From Gemmatimonadota bacterium (GTDB taxonomy: Bacteria > Gemmatimonadota > Gemmatimonadetes > Longimicrobiales > Gaopeijiaceae), in the NCBI GenBank assembly GCA_007130605.1, contig SLSF01000032.1, positions 3,482 through 67,481 of the forward strand: 64,000 nucleotides of DNA. The letters run 5' to 3'. The first letter of the stretch is position 1; each line of letters opens with the position of its first letter. The notes below the pieces were generated by a model. It saw only the letters and a program-made list of their open reading frames with translations. It did not search any database and was not told the origin of the DNA. Position numbers and translations under genes: made by a program. Positions 43,341-53,276 of the stretch are shown piece by piece.

Positions 43341-44419
43341 ACCGACCGCGCCCCCGGCCGAGCCTCCTCCTACCCCTTCTCGCGCTCCTCCTTCTCGCGG
43401 CGTGTGACGTTGCGCCGGAGCCGGTCTTCCCGGAGGAGGCCTGGGAGCGTTGGGATTCGCCGGAGGCAGGTGGGCTCTCGTCGGAGGCCCTCCAGGCCGT
43501 CCAGGATCGGGTGGAGGAGATGTCCACCTCGGCCATGATGATCGTGACCGGGGGGCGGGTGGCGTGGGAGTATGGAGATGTGACCGAGGTCAGTTACCTG
43601 GCCTCGGTGCGCAAGAGCATCCTGGCCATGCTCTACGGGATCGAGGTGGAGCGGGGAACCATCGACCTGGACCGGACCCTGGAGGCGATGGGGATCGACG
43701 ATGTCCAGGGACTCACCCCCGATGAACGCCAGGCCACCACCCGCCACCTCATCGCCTCCCGCTCGGGGATCTACCACCCCGCTTCCAATCCGGGGGACAA
43801 CCTGGCCGATGCCCCGGAGCGAGGAAGCCAGCCCCCCGGCGCCTACTACCTCTACTCCAACTGGGACTTCAACGCGGCCGGAACCGCCTTCGAAGTCCAG
43901 TCGGGCCGGGACCTCTTCGACGCCCTCCACGAGGACCTCGCCCTCCCCCTGGGGATGCGGGACTTCGACCGGGAGCGGCATGTGAAGGGGGGCAATATGG
44001 AGCAGTCGGTCCACCCCTCCTACCACATGCACCTCTCCACCCGTGACATGGCGAGGATCGGCTACCTGGCGCTCCGGGAGGGACGGTGGCACGATACGCA
44101 GCTCGTCCCCCGGGAGTGGATGGCTGAAATGACCGGAGTCATCACCCCGGTTCACGAGATGAATCCCGAGGGACGACGGGAGGGCCCCCACGGCTACGGC
44201 TACATGTGGTGGGTCTGGGACGGCGAGGCGGCCACCGGACCCTGGGAGGGAGCGTACGCCGGGGTGGGTGCGGTGGGTCAGTACATCGTGGCACTCCCGG
44301 TCCTCGACATGGTGGTGGCGCACAAGACGGTGCCCGGGGGAGGCCGGTCGGTGGCCCACCCCGACTTCTGGGAACTCATGGGGCTGGTGGTGGACGCGGC
44401 GGAGGGCGGGGGATCGTGA
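43337..44419 (+). CDS. Beta-lactamase-related serine hydrolase (lipoprotein)
   Basis: Has a lipobox (LLLLAACD) and the SxxK motif (ASVRKSILAML). Its start overlaps the M14 stop (ATGA). Confidence 0.75.
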   Translation: MNRPRPRPSLLLPLLALLLLAACDVAPEPVFPEEAWERWDSPEAGGLSSEALQAVQDRVEEMSTSAMMIVTGGRVAWEYGDVTEVSYLASVRKSILAMLYGIEVERGTIDLDRTLEAMGIDDVQGLTPDERQATTRHLIASRSGIYHPASNPGDNLADAPERGSQPPGAYYLYSNWDFNAAGTAFEVQSGRDLFDALHEDLALPLGMRDFDRERHVKGGNMEQSVHPSYHMHLSTRDMARIGYLALREGRWHDTQLVPREWMAEMTGVITPVHEMNPEGRREGPHGYGYMWWVWDGEAATGPWEGAYAGVGAVGQYIVALPVLDMVVAHKTVPGGGRSVAHPDFWELMGLVVDAAEGGGS

Positions 44420-44778
44420 CCTCCGCCACGGGACGCAGCGCGCTGCTCCTGGTGGTGCTCGGGAGCCTCCTGGCGACGGCGGCGTGCACCTTCACCTCCC
44501 GGCACGACCCCTTCGCTCCCGGGGTCACCATCATCATCGAGAATGCCGGAGCCGTGGCTGCCGATATCGCCATTCTGCGCGACGGGGGTGTGGAGCGGCT
44601 GGGTCGGGTCCCGGCGGGTGAGATCCGGGAGTTTCTCGTTGCGTATCGCCCCGGAAGCATGTCGATCCGGGCAGACTTCGCCGCCCGTCGCTCCTCGATC
44701 CGGAGCATGAATGCCCGCTCCGGCGACACCTTCCGGTATCGGATCGAGTCGGACCGGCTTATCCGAACGGGAGAGTGA
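44416..44778 (+). CDS. Small lipoprotein, hypothetical
   Basis: A GTG start overlaps the upstream TGA (GTGA). It has a lipobox (LGSLLATAACT), is about 120 aa long, and shows good GC3 bias. Confidence 0.5.
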   Translation: MTSATGRSALLLVVLGSLLATAACTFTSRHDPFAPGVTIIIENAGAVAADIAILRDGGVERLGRVPAGEIREFLVAYRPGSMSIRADFAARRSSIRSMNARSGDTFRYRIESDRLIRTGE

Positions 44779-44940
44779 CGGCTCCGAAACGAGCACGCCT
44801 CCCATGGCCCGGATCCGGCCCGGCACGTTATTTTCCTGAATTGCCCCCGTCCCGGTGGCCACTCCCGTTCTTCAGGACCCCCCATTCCACGGAAGCCATC
44901 CATGTCCCCCGTTTCGATCCTACCCGCGCCCGTCGGAGGC

Positions 44941-47784
44941 ATGACGCCCCGGATCCGGCGCCTGGCGGCACCCCTCGCGCTTATCCTGGCCCTCGGCCCA
45001 CTCCTCGTCCTCGCGGGGTGTGAACCGGAGGACGGCAATGGGAGTGGAGAGGCCTCCATCGAACTCCCCTTCGAGCGGTACGAGCTGGACAACGGGATGC
45101 AGGTGGTCCTCCATGTGGATCGCTCGGACCCGGTGGCAGCGGTGGCCCTCACCTACCACGTGGGGTCCGCCCGCGAGGTGGAGGGCCGGACCGGCTTCGC
45201 ACACCTCTTCGAGCACCTCTTCTTCCTGGACTCCGAGAACCTCGGCCCCGGGGGCCTCGACCGCCTCATGACCCGGGTGGGAAGCTCCACGAATGGATCC
45301 ACCAACCGGGATCGCACCAACTACTTCGAAGTGGTGCCCCGGGATGCCCTCGAGAAGACCCTCTGGGCCGAATCCGACAAAGTCGGCTTCTTCATCAACA
45401 CCGTCACCGAAGACGTGCTGGCGAAGGAGAAGCAGGTGGTGAAGAACGAGAAGCGCCAGGGGGTCGACAACCAGCCGTACGGCCATCTGAACTATGTGGT
45501 GGATCGCGCCCTCTACCCCGAGGGACACCCCTATCGCTGGCAGGTCATCGGCTCTCTCGAGGACCTGGATGCCGCCACCCTCGACGATGTCCACACCTTC
45601 CACGAGCAGTGGTACGGCCCCAACAACGCCACCCTGGTGGTGGCCGGCGACATCGATGTGGCCCAGACTCGGGAGTGGATCGAACGCTACTTCGCCGAGA
45701 TCCCGGCCCGGCCGACCCCGGAGAGCCCCGAGCCCCCCGAGGTCCGCCTCGAGGAAACCGTCCGCCTCATGCACGAGGACCGGCTGGCCCAACTTCCGCA
45801 GCTCACCCTGGCATGGCCGGGCGTGCCCCAGTACCACCCCGACTCGTACGCCCTCGGCATCCTCGCCCGTGTCCTCACCGACGGGAGACGGACCCCCTTC
45901 CACCAGGTCATCGTCGAAGAGGAGGGACTCGCCCCCGGAGTGTCCGCAGGGCACGGGGCACAGGAGCTCGCCGGTCGCTTCCAGCTCCAGGTCCGGGCCT
46001 ACGCCGACCGGGAGCTGGACGAGGTGATGGAGGCCATCGAGTCGGCCTTCGCCCGCTTCGAGTCCGAAGGGGTCTCGGAACGCGAACTGACCCGGGTCAA
46101 GGCAGGGATCGAGCGTTCCTTCTACCAGTCCTTCTCCTCTGTGCTGGGCAAGGCCTTCCAACTTGCCCAGTACACCATCTTCGCCGATGACCCCGGCTAT
46201 GTGAGCGAGGACCTGGAGCGGACGCTGGCCGTCACCACCGACGACCTGGTCAGGGTCTACGAGACCTACCTGAAGGATCAACCGCATGTGGCCGTCTCCT
46301 TCGTCCCCCGCGGCCGTGGGGAGCTGGCGCTCAGCGGTTCCTCGGTGGCCGAGGTGGTGGAGGAGCCCATCGTGGAGGGAGCCGAGGAACCCATCGAGGT
46401 CCGGGACCGGGGCGACATCCCCCGGACCCCGTCGGCCATCGATCGGTCGGTGGAGCCCCCCTTCGGTGATCCCCCGGTGCTCAACCCTCCCCGGGTCGAG
46501 GTCGACACCCTGGCCAATGGCCTGGCGCTCTATATCATTGAGGACGATGAACTTCCCCTGGTCCAGTTCAACCTCCGCATGGAGGGGGGACTCCTCCTGG
46601 ACGACCCGGACCGCATCGGGGTTGCGAACCTCCTGGCCGAGACCCTCACCGAGGGAACCGCGAACCGGACTCCGGAGGAACTGGAGGAGGCCATCGAACT
46701 CCTGGGGGCCACCCTGAATGTGAACGCGGGCCGCGAGAGCTTCTCCATCAGCGGGACGACCCTCGCCAGGAACCTCCGCCCCACCCTGGAACTGGTGGAG
46801 GAGGTCCTCCTGGAGCCCCGCTTCGATCCGGAACGGTTCGAGATCGCACGCATGCGGGTCCAGACCCGGATCCAGCAGCGGGCCGGGAACCCCAACGCCC
46901 TGGCCGACGACACCTTCGCCAGCCTCCTCCATGGAGACCACATCCTGGCCCGGGACCCCCAGGGATCGCTGGCCTCCATCGAGGCCATCACCCTGGACGA
47001 CCTCCGCGAGTACCACGGACGCGCCCTCCGTCCGGGCCTGGCCGCCTTCCACCTGGCAGGCGATGCCCGTCCGGACCAGGTCCGCGACGCCCTCGCCGGG
47101 CTGGTGGAACGGTGGGAGCCGGGAGACCTGCCGGACTTCCCTCCCCCGCCGGAAGCCTCCGACCGCGAGGCCGGCCTCCACTTCGTCGATGTGCCGGGGG
47201 CCCCGCAGTCGGTACTCCGCATCGGGTACCTGGCCATGCCCCGGAGCCACCCGGACTTCTGGCCCGCCACCGTGACGAACTTCCGCCTCGGCGGGGGTGG
47301 CTTCGCCTCGGAGCTCACCCAGGTCCTCCGTGAACAGCGGGGCTACACCTACGGCATCAGCTCGGGCTTCCGAGGCACCACCCGACCGGGGCCCTTCCAG
47401 GTCTCGTCGGCGGTGCGGGCCAATGTGACGCTGGAGTCCCTCGAACTGATCCTCGACCTGGTTGGGAACCATGGGACGCGCTTCACCGAGGAGGATCTGG
47501 AGGCGACCCGGAACTTCTACCTGCGAAACAACGCCATGGCCTTCGAGACGCTGGGGGACAAGATCGGACTCCTGGCCGAGATGAGTGCCTACGGCTTCCC
47601 CGCCGACATCGCCCTCCGGCGGGCCGACGAGGCCGAAGCGCTCACCGTCGACGACATCCGGGCACTGGCCGACCGCTACCTTGATCCCGAGCGGATGATC
47701 TGGCTCGTGGTGGGGGATGCCGCGTCGCAGGCGGGACGAGTCGACGCGCTGGGACTTGGCGAGGTGACCCTCCACCCGCGGTGA
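44941..47784 (+). CDS. M16 (pitrilysin/insulinase) family zinc peptidase, double-module lipoprotein
   Basis: Has a lipobox (LLVLAGCEPE) and the inverted zinc motif HLFEH (HxxEH) in GFAHLFEHLFFL. A second non-catalytic M16 half follows. An alternative ATG is at 44902. Confidence 0.9.
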   Translation: MTPRIRRLAAPLALILALGPLLVLAGCEPEDGNGSGEASIELPFERYELDNGMQVVLHVDRSDPVAAVALTYHVGSAREVEGRTGFAHLFEHLFFLDSENLGPGGLDRLMTRVGSSTNGSTNRDRTNYFEVVPRDALEKTLWAESDKVGFFINTVTEDVLAKEKQVVKNEKRQGVDNQPYGHLNYVVDRALYPEGHPYRWQVIGSLEDLDAATLDDVHTFHEQWYGPNNATLVVAGDIDVAQTREWIERYFAEIPARPTPESPEPPEVRLEETVRLMHEDRLAQLPQLTLAWPGVPQYHPDSYALGILARVLTDGRRTPFHQVIVEEEGLAPGVSAGHGAQELAGRFQLQVRAYADRELDEVMEAIESAFARFESEGVSERELTRVKAGIERSFYQSFSSVLGKAFQLAQYTIFADDPGYVSEDLERTLAVTTDDLVRVYETYLKDQPHVAVSFVPRGRGELALSGSSVAEVVEEPIVEGAEEPIEVRDRGDIPRTPSAIDRSVEPPFGDPPVLNPPRVEVDTLANGLALYIIEDDELPLVQFNLRMEGGLLLDDPDRIGVANLLAETLTEGTANRTPEELEEAIELLGATLNVNAGRESFSISGTTLARNLRPTLELVEEVLLEPRFDPERFEIARMRVQTRIQQRAGNPNALADDTFASLLHGDHILARDPQGSLASIEAITLDDLREYHGRALRPGLAAFHLAGDARPDQVRDALAGLVERWEPGDLPDFPPPPEASDREAGLHFVDVPGAPQSVLRIGYLAMPRSHPDFWPATVTNFRLGGGGFASELTQVLREQRGYTYGISSGFRGTTRPGPFQVSSAVRANVTLESLELILDLVGNHGTRFTEEDLEATRNFYLRNNAMAFETLGDKIGLLAEMSAYGFPADIALRRADEAEALTVDDIRALADRYLDPERMIWLVVGDAASQAGRVDALGLGEVTLHPR

Positions 47785-47820
47785 TGCACCACCGGAAGAG
47801 TACGGGAGGCGAATCTCCGG

Positions 47821-48720
47821 TCAGAGGCCCGAGAAGTCGGTCGCCAGCGTCCGGTTGTAGCGGCCGTGCTTGCCGAGATAGGTGTTCAGGGTACCGATGC
47901 CGTGGTAGTGGAACATCGCCTCCAACAGGTAGGAGATGAGTGCGGCGTAGTGCTCCGACTCGCTCCGGACGCGCTGTGCGACCCGGACCGGAATCGGAGT
48001 GAGGATATCGCGCCAACGAAACTCCCGACGGGTGCGGCTCGGGGGCCTTCGAAAGCGGGCGACTTCCACCGACTCCACCCGTCCATGCGCGGGATTTCCC
48101 ACCTCGCGGGTCACGAGGCTCAGGGGGTCGAGCCGGGCGTTGAAGAGGAGGATTCCGGTGGAGGTCACGGGAGTGGCCCCTCCGATGAACCCCAGATTCG
48201 GAGAATTGAATGCGACGGCCGGCACACCTCTGGCCTCTCCCACCAATTGCGCCAGCGCCCCGCCGAGGGAGTGGCCGGTCACCCAGGACGGGGTCGGGCT
48301 CTGTCGATCGAGGTAGGCCAGGGCCTCGTCCAGCTGTTCCGGTACCCGATTCGCCGAGCGGGCAATCCGGTTTCGTACGCTTCGCCGACTCATGATATCC
48401 TCGGCCATGGACGGCAACACCCGGCTCATGACGAGGTCGTCATCGACCTCGAGCTCCTCGGCCATTGCACGGAGTCCGTTGCGCGCCGCGCCGGGCTCCA
48501 GGAGGGGCACCATCATGGCATTGCTCACCATGTCCTGCCCGTCATCGGTGCCACGAAACGCGACCACCGTCTCCCCCTGTTTCCTATAGGCCCCTCCCGC
48601 GAATCCGGCGGTCCAGTTCTGGGGATCGCTCCGGGTGTAGCCGACCCTCCGCGAGAGCTTGTTGTCGCTTCGATTGTAGACATCCTCCGAGAGTGCACCC
48701 AGCTCCTTCAGCGTGGCCAT
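47821..48720 (-). CDS. Lipase class 3-like alpha/beta hydrolase
   Basis: Has the nucleophile elbow VTGHSLGGALAQLVG preceded by VVAFRGTDDGQD. No signal peptide is evident. Confidence 0.7.
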   Translation of the reverse strand: MATLKELGALSEDVYNRSDNKLSRRVGYTRSDPQNWTAGFAGGAYRKQGETVVAFRGTDDGQDMVSNAMMVPLLEPGAARNGLRAMAEELEVDDDLVMSRVLPSMAEDIMSRRSVRNRIARSANRVPEQLDEALAYLDRQSPTPSWVTGHSLGGALAQLVGEARGVPAVAFNSPNLGFIGGATPVTSTGILLFNARLDPLSLVTREVGNPAHGRVESVEVARFRRPPSRTRREFRWRDILTPIPVRVAQRVRSESEHYAALISYLLEAMFHYHGIGTLNTYLGKHGRYNRTLATDFSGL

Positions 48721-48922
48721 CGGTTCTCCTACGTTCGGGGGTCGGGTCCTTCCAGTATGTACGCGGCTTCTTCGCCCCGGGACCGCCTCGGAGGCGGACA
48801 GACCTGTCGGGCCGGAAGCGCGGGAGCCGTCGGCCTGGCCGTCCCCCTCATGCGCGACCGGGACACCCGCAGTACCTTCCGGCCATCGCCGGTTTCAAAC
48901 GAACTTGACCCGAGGCCACCAC

Positions 48923-50527
48923 GTGTCTGGACCACGGAAGCTCACCGCTCTCGCCCTCCTGCCCCTCCTCTGGGCCTGCGACCCGGGTGCCCCGGAGCCA
49001 ACACCGGTGGGAGAGGAGATGGCGGAGATCCGGACGGCCGCCGAAGCATCGGGATGGGAGCGGCACACCTCCCACGAGGAGATGATGGACTACCTGGAGG
49101 CGCTCCAGGCGGCAGGTGGGGAGCTCCAGGTCGAGTCCTACGGTGAGAGCCACGAGGGGCGGGAACTCGTCCTGGTCCGACTCGGGGCATCCACGCCGGA
49201 GAGCCCGGAGGAGGCCCATGACCGGGGTCACCCCATCCTCCTCCTCGGCGCGAATGCCCATGGCTTCAACTACACCCTGAGGGAGTCCCTCCTCCTCCTG
49301 GTTCGCGAAATGGCCACACCCGGAACTGAACTCAACCGACGCCTTGACCGGATGGTGGTGCTGGTGGCCCCCTCGAAGAACCCCGACGGCCTCCAGGCGG
49401 AGAGCCGCTTCAATGCCGCCGGTGCCGATCTGAACCGGGACTACATGACGCTGGACCAACCGGAGACCGCCGCATACGTGGGTTCGGTCGTCAACCGGTG
49501 GCGCCCCCACCTCCTGGTGGATGGACACGACGGGGGAGCCGTACAGTACGGAGGCGCCGAGCCGTACGCCCTGCTCTACCAGGCCCCCGCCACCGCGGCG
49601 GCCGATCCCGCCCTCACCGAACTCGCCGACCGCGAGATCTTCCCCCGCATCAGCGAGCGGTTCGAAGGGGAGGGACTGGAGGCGTTCTACTGGGCCCGGG
49701 GGGAGCCAGACGCCTGGTACGGCGGCGGATCCGCCCCCCGCATGGGTCGAAACTACGGGGGCCTCGCCGACATCCTCTCGATCCTCTTCGAGGTGGCCGC
49801 CTGGCCGGAGTGGCACGATTCGGTGGACGCCGGGGTGCTCGCCCTCACCACCATCCTCGACTTCGCCCACGAGGACGGGGACCGGCTCCTGGACCAGGTC
49901 CTGGAGACCCGCCGGCGCACCCTCGCCCTGGGAGGCCGAGCCGACGCACCGATTCCCGTAGAGGAAGAGATGGTGGCCGAGGCGGATCCGGTTCGGTACC
50001 GGATCCCCCATCCCGATCGCCCCGGGGACTTTCTCGAGGTCACCGAAGGGGAACTGGTGAAGCGTCCGGAGGGGACCCGATTCCGCGAGCGCCCCCTGGC
50101 CTATCTCCTCCCTTCGGAGGCCACAGAGGCCGTCGATCTCCTCCAGCGGCACGGGATCCAGGTCCAGCGCCTGACAGAATCCATGGAACTCGAAGTGCGG
50201 GGCTACCGGCTCGCAGGCCTGGGAGAGGAGGAAGGACGTGACGAGTCCGAGTCGGTCACCCGGGTCGAGATCGGCGAGGTGGTGGACGAAGTTCGCACCA
50301 TCGAGGCCGGAAGCTGGCTCGTGCGGACCGACCAGCCTCTCGGACGGGTCATCACCCACCTCCTGGAGGCCGAGACCACCGAGAGCGTGATCTACTGGGG
50401 CCGCATGGCCCCTCTCCTTCCCGGGGAGGCCCTCCGGAGGCACCTCGACGATCCGGAGACCCACCCGGCCCCCCTGGTGCCGATCCTGAAGGTGATGACC
50501 GAATTCGACGCGCCCCTGGAACGGTGA
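48923..50527 (+). CDS. M14-like carboxypeptidase-family lipoprotein with a non-canonical first zinc motif
   Basis: The GTG start at 48923 gives the lipobox LLPLLWACD. Contains ESYGESHEGRELVLV, VAPSKNPDG, GADLNRDY and VDGHDGG. Where HxxE is expected the sequence reads AHGFN. Confidence 0.75.
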   Translation: MSGPRKLTALALLPLLWACDPGAPEPTPVGEEMAEIRTAAEASGWERHTSHEEMMDYLEALQAAGGELQVESYGESHEGRELVLVRLGASTPESPEEAHDRGHPILLLGANAHGFNYTLRESLLLLVREMATPGTELNRRLDRMVVLVAPSKNPDGLQAESRFNAAGADLNRDYMTLDQPETAAYVGSVVNRWRPHLLVDGHDGGAVQYGGAEPYALLYQAPATAAADPALTELADREIFPRISERFEGEGLEAFYWARGEPDAWYGGGSAPRMGRNYGGLADILSILFEVAAWPEWHDSVDAGVLALTTILDFAHEDGDRLLDQVLETRRRTLALGGRADAPIPVEEEMVAEADPVRYRIPHPDRPGDFLEVTEGELVKRPEGTRFRERPLAYLLPSEATEAVDLLQRHGIQVQRLTESMELEVRGYRLAGLGEEEGRDESESVTRVEIGEVVDEVRTIEAGSWLVRTDQPLGRVITHLLEAETTESVIYWGRMAPLLPGEALRRHLDDPETHPAPLVPILKVMTEFDAPLER

Positions 50528-50549
50528 ACCGACGCGGAGACGGGTCGGG

Positions 50550-50984
50550 TCAGCGCACCATCCCCTGGACGTAGTCCCTCAGGTACCGGTTCTCGGACTC
50601 GGTCTCGCGGCGGAGCGCATTGACCACGTCACCAATGGAAATGATCCCCTGGATCGTCCCGTCCACCATCACGGGAAGGTGCCGGATCCGGTTCTTCGTA
50701 AGGATCTCCATGACGTAGGAGACATCGTCATCGGGGACGGCCACGATGAGTTCGTGGGTCATGGCTTCCCCGACGGTCAGCTCCTCGAGCGCCGCGGGAT
50801 CCCGGTCCAGCACCCTGAGGATGTCCCGTTCGGTGAGGATTCCGAGGGTCTTGTCCCCTTCCTTCACCAGGACCGAGCCGATTCCGTGGTTCACCAGGAG
50901 CCGGAGCGCCTTCGACAACCGGCCTCCGGGATCAATGGCGACGATGTCCTGTCCCTTCCGACCCAGGATTTCGTGGATCCTCAT
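50550..50984 (-). CDS. CBS-domain pair protein
   Basis: Two CBS motifs are present (VAIDPGGRLSKALRLLVNHGIGSVLV and AVPDDDVSYVMEILTKNRIRHLPV). I prefer the start at 50984 (MRIHEIL). Confidence 0.85.
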   Translation of the reverse strand: MRIHEILGRKGQDIVAIDPGGRLSKALRLLVNHGIGSVLVKEGDKTLGILTERDILRVLDRDPAALEELTVGEAMTHELIVAVPDDDVSYVMEILTKNRIRHLPVMVDGTIQGIISIGDVVNALRRETESENRYLRDYVQGMVR

Positions 50985-51119
50985 GGCAACTCCCCTATTC
51001 GGGCCGCGTCGTCCGGCCTCCGGCGCTTCCGGATCCCGCACGGCACGGGTGAACCTCAAAGTGGGATGCCGGCCGGCATCTCGCCAGCGATGGAGCTTCG
51101 AGCCATGGTGTGACCGCGG

Positions 51120-52340
51120 TCAGTAAAGGACGCGCACCCGGATGGTACGGGGGATCTCCTCGAGTTCCTGGACCACGCCCTCGTTGTAGTCCCGGCCCAC
51201 ATCGGTGATCACGTACCCCACCTTCTCATTCGTCTTGAGGTACTGGCCACTCACATTCATCTCGCGGGAAGCCAGGACCTGGTTGATCCGCGCCAGGATC
51301 CCCGGAACGTTCTCGTGGATGTGGACGACCCGGTGCTCCCCCCGGAGCTCGGGGAGCTGGAGATTGGGAAAGTTCACGGCGAGGCTGGTGGAGCCCCACT
51401 CCAGGTAGTTGAGGAGCTTGTCCGGCACGAAGGTCCCGATATTCTCCTGGGCCTCTTCGGTGCTCCCCCCGATATGCGGGGTGAGGAGCACATTGTCGAG
51501 CCCCAGCAGGGGCGAATCGAAGGCGTCCCCATCGGCCCCCGGCTCGGTGGGGAAGACATCGACGGCGGCGCTCTTGAGCTTCCCCTCCTCCAGGGCATCG
51601 CGGAGGGCCTCGAGGTTCACCACGATCCCCCGACTCAGATTGATGAAGACCGCCCCCTCCTTCATCCGCTCGAACTCCGGCGCACCGAAGAGGTCCCGGT
51701 TCCCCGGGCGGCCATCCACATGGACCGAGACCACGTCGGAGGTCCGAAGCAATTCGTCGAGGGTGCGGCAGGGCTTCGCGTTTCCCAGGGCGAGCTTCTC
51801 CTCGATGTCGTAGTAGACCACCTCCATCCCCAGCGCCTCGGCGAGAATGGAGAGCTGGGTTCCGATGTTTCCGTAGCCCACGATCCCCAGGCGCTTGCCG
51901 CGGAGCTCGCGGGCCCTTCCCGAGGACTTGTACCACCGCCCCCGGTGCAGGAGGTTGCTCTTCTCCAGCACCCCCCGCATGAGGATGATCATCTGGCCGA
52001 GGGCGAGCTCCACCACGCTCCGGGTGTTGGCGTAGGGGGCGTTGAAGACCGGCACTCCGCGCTCCATGCACGCATGGAGGTCGATCTGGTTCGTTCCGAT
52101 GCAGAAGGCACCCACCACCGTCAGATCCTCCGCCGCCTCGACAACCCGCCGGGTGAGCTGGGTCTTCGACCGGATGCCCAGAACCGAGATCCCCTGCAAT
52201 TCCTTGATGAGGGCCTCCTCGGAGAGTGCTCTCGGCACCTCCGAGACCTCGAGCCCGGCCTCCGACAGGCGCTTTGCTGCAGTGGGATGGATCCGCTCCA
52301 GGAGGAGGGCGCGGCGTCTGGGAGTGTGGAGCTCTGCCAT
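51120..52340 (-). CDS. serA: D-3-phosphoglycerate dehydrogenase with a C-terminal ACT domain
   Basis: The 406-aa product has GIVGYGNIGTQLS (NAD binding), the RGxxVD and HIGGST catalytic motifs, and an ACT-like tail. Only the last 407 codons of the listed 1357-aa ORF are credible. Confidence 0.9.
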   Translation of the reverse strand: MAELHTPRRRALLLERIHPTAAKRLSEAGLEVSEVPRALSEEALIKELQGISVLGIRSKTQLTRRVVEAAEDLTVVGAFCIGTNQIDLHACMERGVPVFNAPYANTRSVVELALGQMIILMRGVLEKSNLLHRGRWYKSSGRARELRGKRLGIVGYGNIGTQLSILAEALGMEVVYYDIEEKLALGNAKPCRTLDELLRTSDVVSVHVDGRPGNRDLFGAPEFERMKEGAVFINLSRGIVVNLEALRDALEEGKLKSAAVDVFPTEPGADGDAFDSPLLGLDNVLLTPHIGGSTEEAQENIGTFVPDKLLNYLEWGSTSLAVNFPNLQLPELRGEHRVVHIHENVPGILARINQVLASREMNVSGQYLKTNEKVGYVITDVGRDYNEGVVQELEEIPRTIRVRVLY

Positions 52341-52342
52341 CT

Positions 52343-53065
52343 TCAGTTCTTGTCCTGCGTCGGGGATGGGGAGGAATGGGACCGATGTCGGTGGGTGAAC
52401 GCCGGATCGGGGAGGTCCTCCAGGCGCTCGAGCACGCCGTCGGCCGCCTCCACCACCGCCGAACGTCGGCGGTTCTCCACGAAGGCGAAGAAATGGGTGG
52501 CGAGTCCCACCTCCCGGAGTTCCAGGTCGGTGGCACCATCTCCGATCACCCAGATGGGCGCCGGGATCCCCGCTTCTCGCACCGCCGCCGGTTTCCCCCC
52601 GCGGGCCAGCGCGGTCCCGGGATCGACCCCCACCGTAAAGCCTTCGGCGCTCCACCGAAAGCGATGGGCCAGGATCCGCGCCGGAGCGATGCCGAGCTCC
52701 GTCGCCACCGGAGCGATGAGTTCGTGGAAACCTCCGGAGACAATCCAGATTCGAGACCGGTTTCGCACGATCCAGTCGCGGTTTCGGTGCACCGAAGGGG
52801 TGAGTTCGCCTACCAGGGCCTCCCCGACCCTCGCCACATCGGCTCGGGACGCCCTGAGAAGGCCGACCCGGAGCCGGAGAGACTGCTCGTATGGAATCTC
52901 TCCCGCCATTCCCTGGTCGGTGATCTCGCGAAAGCGGGCCAGGCGCCCACCTCGGTCCGGCGCATTCGCCAGGGTCTCCGCAAAGAGTTCGTCGGCCCCC
53001 TCCACCTGCACGAGGGTCGAGTCGAAATCGAAGAGGAGGCTGGGGCCGGGGGATGAATGATCCAT
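52343..53065 (-). CDS. serB: HAD-IB hydrolase, phosphoserine phosphatase-like
   Basis: Contains the LLFDFDSTLV (DxDxT) and VIGDGATDLE motifs. It lies directly upstream of serA with a 2-nt gap. Confidence 0.7.
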   Translation of the reverse strand: MDHSSPGPSLLFDFDSTLVQVEGADELFAETLANAPDRGGRLARFREITDQGMAGEIPYEQSLRLRVGLLRASRADVARVGEALVGELTPSVHRNRDWIVRNRSRIWIVSGGFHELIAPVATELGIAPARILAHRFRWSAEGFTVGVDPGTALARGGKPAAVREAGIPAPIWVIGDGATDLELREVGLATHFFAFVENRRRSAVVEAADGVLERLEDLPDPAFTHRHRSHSSPSPTQDKN

Positions 53066-53276
53066 GGAAGGAAGAGTGAGGTCGAACGGATCCCAGGGGA
53101 AGGGTTGCGAGGAAACACGCCGGGGTACAAGAGGCTCGTGGAAGTCGAGTCGGCGGCGCCCCATCGTCTTCCCGCAAACTTGCGCAGGGAGCGCGAGGAT
53201 TCAATGTTGAAGCATCTTCGGTATTCCCCGTTGCCGAAGAACCCGCCACAAGCCGGCCCGGGAGCCGTGTACACCG

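Noticed and set aside
40890-47775. Minus-strand ORFs of 770 aa (40890-43202) and 951 aa (44920-47775) opposite the M14 and M16 genes. The same applies to 59374-62769 (+, 1131 aa), 18243-20192 (-), 9873-11345 (-), 26825-29002 (-), 29749-31854 (+) and 36619-37890 (+).
   Set aside because: All lie antisense to, or out of frame with, genes carrying clear family signatures. They have low-complexity Arg/Gly/Pro/Glu composition and no plausible start context.
47785-47820. Bidirectional terminator between the convergent M16 and lipase genes (ACCGGA...TCCGGT)
   Set aside because: It has a 6-bp stem with a loop of about 19 nt and no flanking U/A tracts, which is too weak to call.
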